A stretch of DNA of 30,111 nt from Zygophlyctis sp. KS116 (lineage: Eukaryota; Fungi; Chytridiomycota): contig BAAFSQ010000108.1 in assembly GCA_054661495.1 (NCBI GenBank), forward strand, positions 1 to 30,111. Reading direction: 5' to 3'. The position numbers and the translations under genes were made by a program. The notes under the pieces are model-generated. The model was not told the origin of the DNA and made no database searches. It saw only the letters and a program-made list of their open reading frames with translations. Below are positions 19,688 through 30,111 of this stretch, in pieces; positions within the stretch are counted from its first letter, which is position 1; the number at the start of each line of letters is the position of its first letter.

Positions 19688-20782
19688 TTAAAAAATCGGA
19701 ATATAATTATTTATACGATCCTTTTGCTGTTGAGCTATACATTCAGCTATCCAAACTATATTCCGAATTTCTTGTTCTTTTAGTTTGAGATAAGCATAAA
19801 ACACTCCATATTGAAACTGCCGAGTAAAAGATCTCTTGTTTAAAAACACTTCAAATTCAAAGAAACGATCCTCCAATGACTTTTCGGAACCTACCGCCAT
19901 ATCAAAAAATGTTTTATATTCCTAAATTTAATAAACCAGTTAAATTTACCCCATAAGACTCTACAACCATCTTTACTTGTTCAGGATCATCTACTCTAGC
20001 CAATTTAACAATTCCATCTGGATATAAAGCCCCAATGGTAGGAAAAAGTTTTACACGATCATCTTTAGATAATTCTGTATTAACAGAATTTAGAGTAATA
20101 TTTATAACTCTTCTATCAGCTTCAAAAGCCAAAATTTCCGTCATTACTTCTGATGTTGGACCACCTAAATTTTGACAATAAGCCTGAAAATCCTCTAAAT
20201 ACGCTTTATAAAGAGTATTTCTAATAATTTCAATATTTAATTCATCCAAATCTTGTGCTGATAAACATTTTTCAAAATAAGATGCTTAATTTCAGTTTTA
20301 ATTCAATTACCTAGAGGAGAATCTACTAATACTGTATTATATAATTCTTTAACTGAATTTGCAGCAGTTAAAGCCCCAATACTATCAAACATTCCTAAAG
20401 GATGACATTTATCCAATAATTCCTTTGTATCTCTATCATGTAGAGTCCCAGTGATTAATAGTATAACATTATCAATCATGTAAGCAAAAGTCAAATAATC
20501 CAAAAAAGTAGCCAGCGGTTGATTCGCATTAGCCCTTAAATAAGAGAATTCAGCTATTAATTTATCTCTTGCCTTTGCAGCAATCACCGAAGTCGATAGT
20601 GGAGTCGGTTCATTTTGTAAAAAGTTTCCATAATCCGTTGCTGCCAATTGCAATTTCATGTCGTCCAGAGTCTCACATTGTGTAAGATTTAAATACTGGG
20701 AAGAATTTAAAATTCCAGTCTTGAGCCCTCTTAAAATAGCTTCTAAATATCCATCTTCGCAATTGTAGAACAAACCTTCCAT
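19688..20782 (-). CDS. VMA6: V-ATPase V0 subunit d (ATP6V0D), 3 exons
   Basis: [70 protein letters not shown]. Introns 20285-20310 and 19922-19949. Confidence 0.97.
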
Positions 20783-20926
20783 AAATTCTTGTTGTAAACG
20801 CGCAAACTTTTAATAATTGTCTCTTTATTGTTTTATAATTCCTTTATAATATTAGAAATTATAACTCTCTTATTAGAAATTATAAGAATTATTCGACGAA
20901 GACCGTTCGGTGCCACAAAACTTCAA

Positions 20927-21858
20927 ATGCGACAAAACAATCAATGCAACATCTTTCAGCAGCAAGCGACATTTTTAATTTCTTTAAATAATTATGACAA
21001 GAGAGCATTAACAGTCACTGATATCGGTCCATTGACTCATTCTCTTTTAAATCTTGCATATCTCTCTGCATCTTCACCGCAAAAGTTGTGTAGTCTGTTA
21101 AGTGCCGACGGTGGTCTAATACTTCTCATAAAGAAACTCTCAAGGATGAAATATCCACAACAGAAATTACCATTCTCTGCTATTCTCTCAATTCTTGCAA
21201 ATTTAATTATTAGAGGAAACTCTGTTTTTAGAATGACTTGCTATAATCTCAATATTATAAAACCATTGGCAAAATTACTAAAAGATTCGCTTCCAAATAC
21301 AAATTCTACTAGATTAAATTCTAGTGTAAATTCTAGCACAACAGATAATAATTCGTTTCAGAGAATAGGAGATTCATCAGGAATTGTTGCAATTAGAGGG
21401 CCTTTAGATATTCCAGAAAGGGATATTACAGAAATGATGAGGAATTTTGATGATGTGGTCTTGGTAATAAAGATTATTGCATATCTTTCAAAGTATCATG
21501 GTAATTTTTGTAATTGTTTAATAGAATTATAGAAATTAGATTCAAGTTGCACAATTATGAATCAGGAAATATCTTTAATTTAATTGAACCATTTACAATT
21601 TTATCAGATTCTTTTCCAGAATTAGGGAAATGGGCTATAATTACAATGAGGAATGCTTTTAAAAGGGATTCTGGTAAATCAGGGCTAAGGAAATGTGGGA
21701 ATTTAGAATGTCCAAAATGGGAATTAACTTATCACGAGTTTTCAAAGTGTTCTAGATGTAGAAGAGTTGTATATTGTTGTAAAAATTGTCAAAAACAGGC
21801 TTGGATGCTACATAGGAATTGGTGTTTATTAGATTTATCTAAAATTCAACAAATTTAG
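20927..21858 (+). CDS. MUB1: MYND-type zinc-finger protein SamB/Mub1, 2 exons
   Basis: N-terminal YDKRAL...PLTHSLLNLAYLSASS, KIIAYLSKY, NIFNLIEPFT, WAIITMRN. MYND finger CGNLEC...FSKCSRCRRVVYCCKNCQKQAWMLHRNWC. Intron 21501-21532. Confidence 0.85.
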
Positions 21859-21889
21859 TAAGAAAAAGTTTTTAAATTTAATAATACAA

Positions 21890-22726
21890 TCAAAGAACTG
21901 GGATTCTGTAAGCTGATCTTCTTTTATGAGAAATTTCCTTTGCTTCACATCTAATGCAGAGTCCAGATGTTATCATTTCAGATCCACGATGAGACCGTCT
22001 TGCAATTTGAGTATGGCATGTTGGGCATGGGTGCGGATTGAGTTCAAAGTCTGATCCATATTGACAAACACGCATTAGCATGTATTCTATATGGCAAATA
22101 TCATAGAAATGAGCACTCCATGAAAGTGAATGATTCAATGCTAATCGCAATCTACTATTTCCACTGATTCTAAATGGGTAAGAAGATCGTGTACTACTAG
22201 ATCCAGAATAGTCACAATTTTCAAAAGCTGCTGCACCACCACAAAAGTCAATATCCAAAGATTTTAAAGCCAATGATGCCGATTGAATATTAAAGTTTTT
22301 GGCCAAACCAACACGTAGTTCGGATGGAAATACCCAAGGACAATTAAAACAAGAAAGAGATTCTAAATTAGCACATGATTGCAAGATAGATATAATTGTT
22401 TTTGATGATACTGCTTGAGAGTTTGATAGATCAAGATTAATTAACAATTTAGATATTTGTACAGGACATCCGGACATAATTTTCTGCGGGCGTGTAATCC
22501 AATTGAGTAATCCATCATCTGCTAATGGGCCTAATAATGGGTTTGACCCAGATTTACTGAGCTTTAAGCTGGACCAAAATGATGATGTAGAATAAATAAT
22601 TTGACGAAACCGCTTGTTGACCACTGCCAATCTTATCAAGATGGTAATATCCTTATATCTGAGCTGAAATAACTGATCCAAAATAATAAGTAACAGCTCA
22701 GTAGGCAATTGGTTCAAAGAAATCAT
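21890..22726 (-). CDS. F-box/LRR protein with a C-terminal Cys-rich motif (intronless)
   Basis: LNQLPTELLLIIL...RLAVVNKRFRQI F-box; LRR-like LINLDLS, ILQSCANLESLSCFNC, LKSLDIDFC; C-terminal CPTC...CIRC. Confidence 0.8.
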   Translation of the reverse strand: MISLNQLPTELLLIILDQLFQLRYKDITILIRLAVVNKRFRQIIYSTSSFWSSLKLSKSGSNPLLGPLADDGLLNWITRPQKIMSGCPVQISKLLINLDLSNSQAVSSKTIISILQSCANLESLSCFNCPWVFPSELRVGLAKNFNIQSASLALKSLDIDFCGGAAAFENCDYSGSSSTRSSYPFRISGNSRLRLALNHSLSWSAHFYDICHIEYMLMRVCQYGSDFELNPHPCPTCHTQIARRSHRGSEMITSGLCIRCEAKEISHKRRSAYRIPVL

Positions 22727-22804
22727 TTAATATCAAAATCGCTTCCGCCTGATCTATGTTATTGGAGAAGCGGAGTTTGTGATCAATCAAGGAAATCAAG
22801 ATGC

Positions 22805-23566
22805 TTATAAATCCTTTAATTTCTTAAAAATATCTCTTCTTCTAAATCTAGTGATATAAATATAATAGCTCCATTGAATCAATCGAATCATTATCAATGC
22901 AAATACACCAGGTATTAGTCCAAATAGGTAAAATATCAAACTGTTTTTATGCATTAATAGAGATTTAATTATCGATTGAACTTGAGTTTGAGTCTCTAAT
23001 AATGATCCAGAATTGTCAACTTCCAAAGAAGACTTTGATCGTTTTTCTACAATTGGAATCTGTGAAGAAATCCGTTGCAGTGCTTCTTTTTTTGTGTACT
23101 TATTACGAGACATTAATCGCTTAAGCTGATTTTCCGGATCACTAAGATTAAATTCATTGAAACTATACCAATATACCAAAATTATAAATGGAATGTATGA
23201 ATCTAAACTGGCTTCAAAAAGTAATGGTACGTCAAGAATACAAACAGATGTAAAAGTAACAAAATGATATAATACTTGAGCAATCATTTCTAGTAAAATC
23301 CAAGAGTGAGTGATTGAATTCAACACTGATCGTTTTTCGGGATCTGCAAAAATAACAGCTCCCAACTTTCCTCTATCAATTTCATTTGACTCTGATAGTA
23401 TGTTTGGAAAGTTACCAAGAGTTTCATAAAATGTAGCTGTCCCTTTTCGGGCTTGCTGATGAGCAATCACATCTGCATCAATGATACAAAAATCAGCGTC
23501 AGACAAAAGTTTAGATACCGTTGATTTTCCAGTACCGATTGATCCAGTAAGTCCCACAATTTTCAT
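22805..23566 (-). CDS. CAB5: Dephospho-CoA kinase (CoaE/DCAKD) with a C-terminal TM segment, 2 exons
   Basis: MKIVGLTGSIGTGKSTVS, IDADVIA, IDRGKLGAVIF, LDVPLLFE, QLKRLMSRN, VDNSGS. In-frame 27-nt intron 23142-23168. Confidence 0.93.
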   Translation of the reverse strand: MKIVGLTGSIGTGKSTVSKLLSDADFCIIDADVIAHQQARKGTATFYETLGNFPNILSESNEIDRGKLGAVIFADPEKRSVLNSITHSWILLEMIAQVLYHFVTFTSVCILDVPLLFEASLDSYIPFIILVYWYSFNEFNLSDPENQLKRLMSRNKYTKKEALQRISSQIPIVEKRSKSSLEVDNSGSLLETQTQVQSIIKSLLMHKNSLIFYLFGLIPGVFALIMIRLIQWSYYIYITRFRRRDIFKKLKDL

Positions 23567-26500
23567 TTTTGATAAAAAGCCAAATCGTGCGACAGGAATT
23601 GAAGATATTCAAGTATTTGACTAGGGTCGGTTGTGCTAAAACCAATCGAAACTTGACCAAAGTTAGAGTGCTTAGAGGCCAGGGTTGTAATAAACTGTCG
23701 GTGAGTTTGGTGCACTTACATCAGTAAAAAATAACGTATCATGCTTGATCATGCTAACCATCAGATCGAAAATATCCTCTTGGATTATAGAATGAGAGCC
23801 ACATGCAACAAGTCCAAAAAGAATTTCTATAAATGGAAAAAATAAATGTCGCCGAAAGAATGGCTTTGCAAACAAGAAATACCGTTCATTGAGAGTATTT
23901 AAATTCTTAATGACTTGCTTGACAGTATCAACATTCTTCTCCTGTAAGGAACGCCCAAAAATTTTCATGGATTCCAAGAGTTCCTCGGAAACATTCTCAT
24001 TTGATCCAAGATCGTTTACTCTACTTCCCGTGAAATATTTCCAATGATTAAACAATAGATTGAAAACCAGATCATAGTATAATAATCGCAAAGATTGCAA
24101 ATCATCCTAAGTTTAGATAATATTAAAATACGCTTTGGAATTCTAAAACCTTTTCTAGATCATTTATGATTAATCGATTCAAATCAAAAAATATTGGGGC
24201 TAAATCTTTTGAAGAGTCCTTGATAATAATTAAGAGCAAATTAATAAATGCTTCATAAATTGATCGGCCTTGTTGAGTTTTTAAATGGTTTGTTAGTTCC
24301 ACGCCTGTAAGTGCCAAACATGAATGTTTTACACAATCTAGAAATAATTGTTGATTATCACGGAATAATTGACGCTTTAGGCACTTGACTAAAGAGCACA
24401 ATAATTTTAGATAATCCCCAATCAATTCTTTAATTTTAAAAAGTTTAAAAGTTACCAATTGGAAGTCTGGCATCAAACATTTGAAGAAAAGTTGGTATAA
24501 ATTTCTTGATCGATATATATAAGATTTCTTTTGCGGCAGAATTCTCATCAGTAATAGCGTCGATACAAAACATAATTGCTTCCATACCTGATGAAATAAA
24601 ATGTATATCTAAATTCAAATAAAAGATAACCTACCATAATTCAAATTACGTGATATTTTGAAGATCTCCTCGCCCAAGGGATCAATCATCGAATCATAAA
24701 AAGCAACGCACAGCGCCATTCTATTACTGACTTCCTGCTCGCTCAACTGTTGTGACTGGTCAACTAATGTGAACATGTATGTTGCAGCAGAATACGAATT
24801 GCATTTAGTTTTAATATCAGGAAAGGATTGTCGATGAAGAGATTTAAGAAATACTTCTACTGCATCAATTTGAAGTAGAGGGAATCTGAGTGAATATGCT
24901 ATCGACTTCAATAGGCCTGCAGACGCATTTGAAATATGTTTATTCTATAATTTTAAGATTATACTCATTTTACCTGTTTCGTGCTTGAAAGAAGACAAAG
25001 ATTGACAAGATACACGATCAAAAGATCAATCGTCTCCAGCTGATCATGTTTGTTATCTTTTAGCCATTTTCTGAATAATACGAGCCAATTAATAAGTAAG
25101 TTTATGGTCTGAAATAAAGTGGAGATCATTTGTGAGACGTAGAAATGGGTATTTGAATCGTACAGAGATAATAAAGTGCTTTGCAATTGAATAAAATGGT
25201 TAAGAATCTGTGAACATGTTGGTATGTGTTCTTCAAACTTCTTATGGAAAATCTCTACAAATCTCCCACAAAGAATCACCATGGTTCTAGCATCAGTGGC
25301 ATCTATTAAATCAAGGGAAAAAATATACATAATCTTGATCCTTGCAGTTGTGCAATATCACCTGTAAAAGCCGATAGTATATTAAATGCATAAGATATAC
25401 ATACTGGGTAAATATTAATAATTTTCACAATCAGTTGCAGAACAGGACATGTAAACTCATCATACTCTGATTCTAGCTCTGAAAAAGATGCATTGTCCTC
25501 TTTTGTCACTGTTTCTAGTTGATCCATCATATGTGGATTTTTAGTAATAAGGATGGCGTCTAGCATTTGTTGACTTGCCATACTCAAAACGTTTTCTAGC
25601 CTAAATATAATTATATGAGTTAAGTATTTACGGTAATTTTACGGCAAATGATTTTTCTGGAGATTTGAGCAAAATTGTTTCTAACCAGATATCCCATAAA
25701 TTAATCAGCAAAGAAAAAGTTGGAGGAGAGAGCTACAAATAAATCGGACAAACGTACCTGTAAAAAAAGAAGCTTATAAATCGACTCTAAAAATTCATCA
25801 ATTGAAAATGAAGATCCCCCTATAATACGATTTAAATGATTTTGAACAAAACATATACCCAACTGAATAATGTTTTGTAGCATTCTAACATTTATAAAGC
25901 ATAGTTGTCTTACTCTTCTTCAATTCCAACTCCTAATTCGTTCTGAGACAATAATAAATGAAACATTCGATTTAAATGATTACCCAATAATACAGAAAAT
26001 CGCTCATATCCTAAAATTATAAAGCATAAGTCAACCTTTTGGGGTATATGGCTTTTTCGAGATTTCTATTAAGCAACTTTGTGCCAATTGTGAATGACTT
26101 GGATCAACACCTATAGATATTCTGAACAATTCTTCTAGAATATCCGGAAAATTACGTCCAGAAACATCAATATACAAACATAATGCACTAAAAACCTTTA
26201 AAACCAACTTTTCTAAAGGTTTGTCGACATGAACCAGAGATTTAAATGCTTCTGCATTTTCCAACCCACCCTGTCTTGATAATTTTCCAGATTCTAAATT
26301 CGTAATACTAGACTTTTTTAAGATCAATAAGCACATTTCCAAACACTGATCAACCAGACCAGTCATGTACATTTTTATCACATTTTTATCACTCCAATTC
26401 AAATCTCTTTTGCTGTTTGTAAATTCTTCAATCATCACCAATAAGAATTTGAGAAAAAGACTCTCTGATGTTTGCCGTAAACTTAATACATCTTCCCAAA

Positions 26501-26916
26501 ACAATGTCCAGATTTTCACGGGTATCAATCGCTTTGATAATTCAACAATCACTAAAGTCAGCTTATTTAATATCAATGGGCTATACACCTGATGATTCTG
26601 CACCATGATCTGCCATAAAAACTGTTTAAAACTATTGGTATGTTCAACATGCGTGTTTTGAATCTTATCCTGGATTAAACTGAGACCAAACCATAATAAT
26701 AGTTCAGATCCCACTGATCCAGCGATCCATTCGCAAGCCGCATCAACAGCGCCGGGAGCATGTTTCATGCCTTCTACCCAAATCTCTAATATTAAGCAAA
26801 AGAAATGTACCAAACTCCTCCTTCCGCACGGATCCCTTCTCGTAGAAACCAGACAGCATATTCTCAATGGATTGGATATTCTAAAGGCTCAAATGTTCTT
26901 TTATTAAGTTTACCAT
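23563..26916 (-). CDS. XPO6: Exportin-6-like karyopherin-beta (HEAT repeats), about 13 exons
   Basis: Importin-beta-like N-terminus (SIENMLSGFYE...LWFGLSLIQDKI...ILNKLTLVIVEL). XPO6-like C-terminus LFNHWKYF...FGRSLQEKNV...LNTLNERYFLF...SHSIIQEDI...LSHDLAFYQK. All junctions reconstructed in frame, including an ATG-only first coding exon (intron 26881-26913) and last intron 23695-23719. Confidence 0.7.
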
Positions 26917-26935
26917 TTAGATCGCAGAAAACCCT

Positions 26936-28742
26936 TTAGCAATTTCCGTGAGGGTCTTGGCCTTGTTGAGCTGGAGTCAGCTTAATCATATCACTAACAT
27001 TAAATATTAAAAATTACTCAATTCTAAGCAAAGCGATGGCTGCTTCAGTTGCCGCCTTCAAAGATTTAACTTTAGACATGGCTGGTTCCAAAACTCCACT
27101 TGCAAGATTATCACGGATTTCTCCATTCAAAAGATCCAATCCATGCCACTTTAGAGATTTACGATTAGGATCAGTCTGAGAAGCATTATGGAAAGCTCTA
27201 AGCTTTGATACCAATTCAGTTGCATCTAGAGCAGCATTAACAGTTAAAGTTTTTGGAATTACAAGCAAAGAATTTGCAAATTCAGCAATGGCTAATTGCT
27301 CACGAGATGCCTTGGATAAGTCATTATAAATCTTACCAAAGTAGTAGCAAAGTTTTCCAAATAAATTGAAAGTGCCGTTTCAACAGCTCCGCCTCCAGGG
27401 ACGACGGCATTAGATTCTAGAGTACGCTTGACAGCACATAAACAATCATGTACAGAACGCTCCATTTCATCCAACATGTAGTCATTAGCACCACGTAGAA
27501 TGATTGAAGCTGAAGACTCCTTCTTTGTTCCCTTTACCAAAATGCATTCATCATCAGAAATTCGTTCTTGGACTACTTCATCAGCATAACCCAGGTAAGA
27601 GGCTTCAAAAGTCTCTTCACCTTCCAAATTTGCTAAACTAGAAATAAATGTCGCACCAGTAGCTTTAGCAATACGTTTCAAATCTTCTTTTTTGCAGCGA
27701 CGAACAGCCATTGCATTAGCTTCAACAAAACATTTTAAACACAAGTCATCAATACCCTTGGTAGTTAAAATCACATTAGCTCCAGCGTCTAAAATCTTTT
27801 GAATTCTTTCAGTCGTAATTTCGATTTCACGTCGTCTAATATCTTCCAACTTATCTGGGTCATCAATAACCACATTAACTCCCAAATGCATTCTAGCCTT
27901 TTGCAAATTCAAGTCTAAACAAGCAATTTTAGCACCAGTAACTCTTCTACGAATAGCTATATTTTAAAAAAAATTATAGTTACATTGAGCTGCTACAGTG
28001 CAATTTAACGCATAACCCTTAATCAACATAGACTCCTTTACTCCTTTTCCATGAGCCTTGAGAATATTAACAGAATTGACTGGATATCTAGCCTCACCCT
28101 GTGGAGTCTTTGTTTTTACAGCCAACATTGCATCCACAACCATTTCTGAGAAAAACGCATCATCACTTTAAATCAATTTTTTAACATTCTTACGATCCAA
28201 TAATTTTAGAGCTCATTGAAGTTTTTGCAACATTTATCAAACAATCTCTACCCAATTTTTCCACATTTACAGACATTTCTTCAGTAATAAACTTTACTGC
28301 TTCTTTACAAGCCAATCTATACCCAGTGATGATTGAAGTAGGATGAATTTTATTTTTCACCAATTCATTTGCCCTTTTAATTAATTCTGCAGCAATGATA
28401 ACGACAGACGTAGTTCCATCACCCACTTCTTTATCTTGCTGTTGAGCCAATTCCACCAAAACCTTTGCTGCTGGATGTTGTACTTCCAGTAGTTTAAGAA
28501 TGGTTGCACCGTCATTAGAGATAGTAACATCCTTTACTTTTAAGAGCATAATTCAATTTACCCCAATATCATCAACCAACATTTTATCCAAACCGACCGG
28601 TCCCAATGAACTTTTTACGATGTTCGCTATTGAAGAGGCAGCGACAACTAATATTAGAATTTAATTTTGTACCGTTTTGATCTCTTACAGCAGTCCCAGA
28701 GACTCTATCTCCACCAATTGCAAGTGCTGAAGTTTGCGACAT
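26936..28742 (-). CDS. CCT1: Chaperonin CCT/TRiC subunit alpha (TCP1), 7 exons
   Basis: [69 protein letters not shown]. Introns 28648-28672, 28532-28561, 28166-28193, 27957-27983, 27311-27336, 26994-27017. Confidence 0.97.
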
Positions 28743-28872
28743 TTTAATTTTAAGTAACCCAACTCTTGCCTCTACACACTGCCGTACGAAGTAGAACGCT
28801 AACACACACTCTGGACACCGTGCGCTAGACACAGAATCGGACACTAGGCACATCCTAGGTAAACTTGGGAAA

Positions 28873-29844
28873 ATGTCATCATACTATTCCAGAGAAATCC
28901 CTCATCCATCCATGATTCTAGTCTCTCTCTTTCTATCTTCGCCAATCAGTACCTGTCATTCATTATCTCAAATTCAATATCTGCCTATTGCAAGCACAGA
29001 TGCTGCATCGGATTCATTATCAGAGGCTGATACATTATCAGATGAAATTACTTTATATGCTGCAGTTCCAAAATCTAATGAAACAGGAATAGGTGATCGG
29101 TTGGTGAAAGATGAAGATGGATATTTTTATTCAACAGATCAATTAAATCCTCCATGGCAATTAGTGCCAAAGAATTATTCAATGTGGGATCTAGCCAAGA
29201 ATATAATATCTCTGCAAGGGATAGAATCTTTATGGTCGGCATTAGGATCAGATGTGATCTTGTACTATTCTTCAACTTGGACTGAAAAAGCAATTGAATT
29301 AATTATTGCACCTCATAATGCTTGGAATAGAATGGGAATTGCTTTAATTAGATCATTTATACTAGCTCCATTGGATATTATACAAATTAGACTTATTGCA
29401 CAATCTAGTCATCCTTGGTATCAGGCGTATACTTCAACATTTAATGCTTTCAAATCTTTATTCTCAAGAGTCGAAGTTGGAGTATTGTATACTTCAAATA
29501 GAGTATTATCAAGTGTATTAGAAACTGGATTGTCTTCTATACTCTATTTAGGAATTATAACTTTTATAAAACATTACAAGTTGGGGGCAATTGGAATGAT
29601 TGGTCTTGGATTTTTACATGCTGGATTAATGTCACCATTAGAAACAATACGTAAAAGAATTCAAGTTTCTACTTTTCCTCAAGAAGAAGAAATTAAAACT
29701 ATAGTTCAAGTCCCTAAAATACCATGGATAGGTATTAGAAGAACTTTTTATAGGATGTGGCATGAAGAAGGGATTGGATCTTTTTATAGAGGATTTAAAA
29801 GGAAATGGCTCATAACTATATTAGGATTATATGATTTAAATTAA
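28873..29844 (+). CDS. UGO1: Degenerate mitochondrial-carrier-family protein, Ugo1/SLC25A46-like (intronless)
   Basis: Carrier signatures APLDIIQIRLIAQS and SPLETIRKRIQV, EEGIGSFYRG; acidic loop with DEDGY after the first helix, as in fungal Ugo1. Confidence 0.7.
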   Translation: MSSYYSREIPHPSMILVSLFLSSPISTCHSLSQIQYLPIASTDAASDSLSEADTLSDEITLYAAVPKSNETGIGDRLVKDEDGYFYSTDQLNPPWQLVPKNYSMWDLAKNIISLQGIESLWSALGSDVILYYSSTWTEKAIELIIAPHNAWNRMGIALIRSFILAPLDIIQIRLIAQSSHPWYQAYTSTFNAFKSLFSRVEVGVLYTSNRVLSSVLETGLSSILYLGIITFIKHYKLGAIGMIGLGFLHAGLMSPLETIRKRIQVSTFPQEEEIKTIVQVPKIPWIGIRRTFYRMWHEEGIGSFYRGFKRKWLITILGLYDLN

Positions 29845-30111
29845 GAAAAAGAAAAACAGCTAAAGTTAGCAATCATTCTTGGACTTTTACATTCTTGGTA
29901 ACATTCATTTAATAAGACTATCAAATTAAAGATTGTATTTTTTCTTTTCCATATTTGAACTAAATCAGTAGATTTAAAAAGCAGTAGAGTTGATAAAAGA
30001 TCTGCATTGCACAATGCAACGTGTCGCGTTTTCCAATCACGCCATTCAAGTCCGTCATGAGAATCAGCACGCCTTTTGGGCGGTACAAATTAAAGAGTAT
30101 AGCGATACAAT

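Noticed and set aside
20828-20926. N-terminal extension of the MUB1 ORF and ttagaaattataa direct repeat
   Set aside because: TTG-started extension through an AT-rich spacer; the conserved start is ATG 20927; the repeat is low complexity
28584-28853. 89-aa minus ORF upstream of CCT1
   Set aside because: Only the MSQTSAL...RDQN part is CCT1 exon 1; the rest is promoter or intron read-through

Overview
AT-rich, extremely gene-dense eukaryotic nuclear DNA. It is probably from a flagellated (zoosporic/chytrid-like) fungus, inferred from fungal-type MUB1/SamB, UGO1 and SEC5 alongside ciliary genes (B9D1, EFCAB10, AK5-like). About 18 protein-coding genes can be reconstructed by hand. The ORF track is fragmented because genes are cut by dozens of tiny GT-AG introns of 23-33 nt. 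Main points: (1) A tandem pair of multi-adenylate-kinase genes carries 9 AK-fold domains. In the second gene a complete, catalytically intact nucleoside-diphosphate kinase domain is inserted inside an AK domain. (2) A 1095-bp apparently identical duplication is shared by the two kinase genes. (3) Two same-strand gene pairs have overlapping stop/start codons (JMJD7-TAATG-B9D1 and XPO6-ATGA-CAB5), and others have 15-19 nt gaps, giving operon-like trains. (4) Bidirectional promoters of 20-51 nt carry CGCG/E2F-like elements. (5) There is an exportin-6 homologue and an MDM1/CCSAP-like protein. All homology calls come from remembered motifs; no database search was run.
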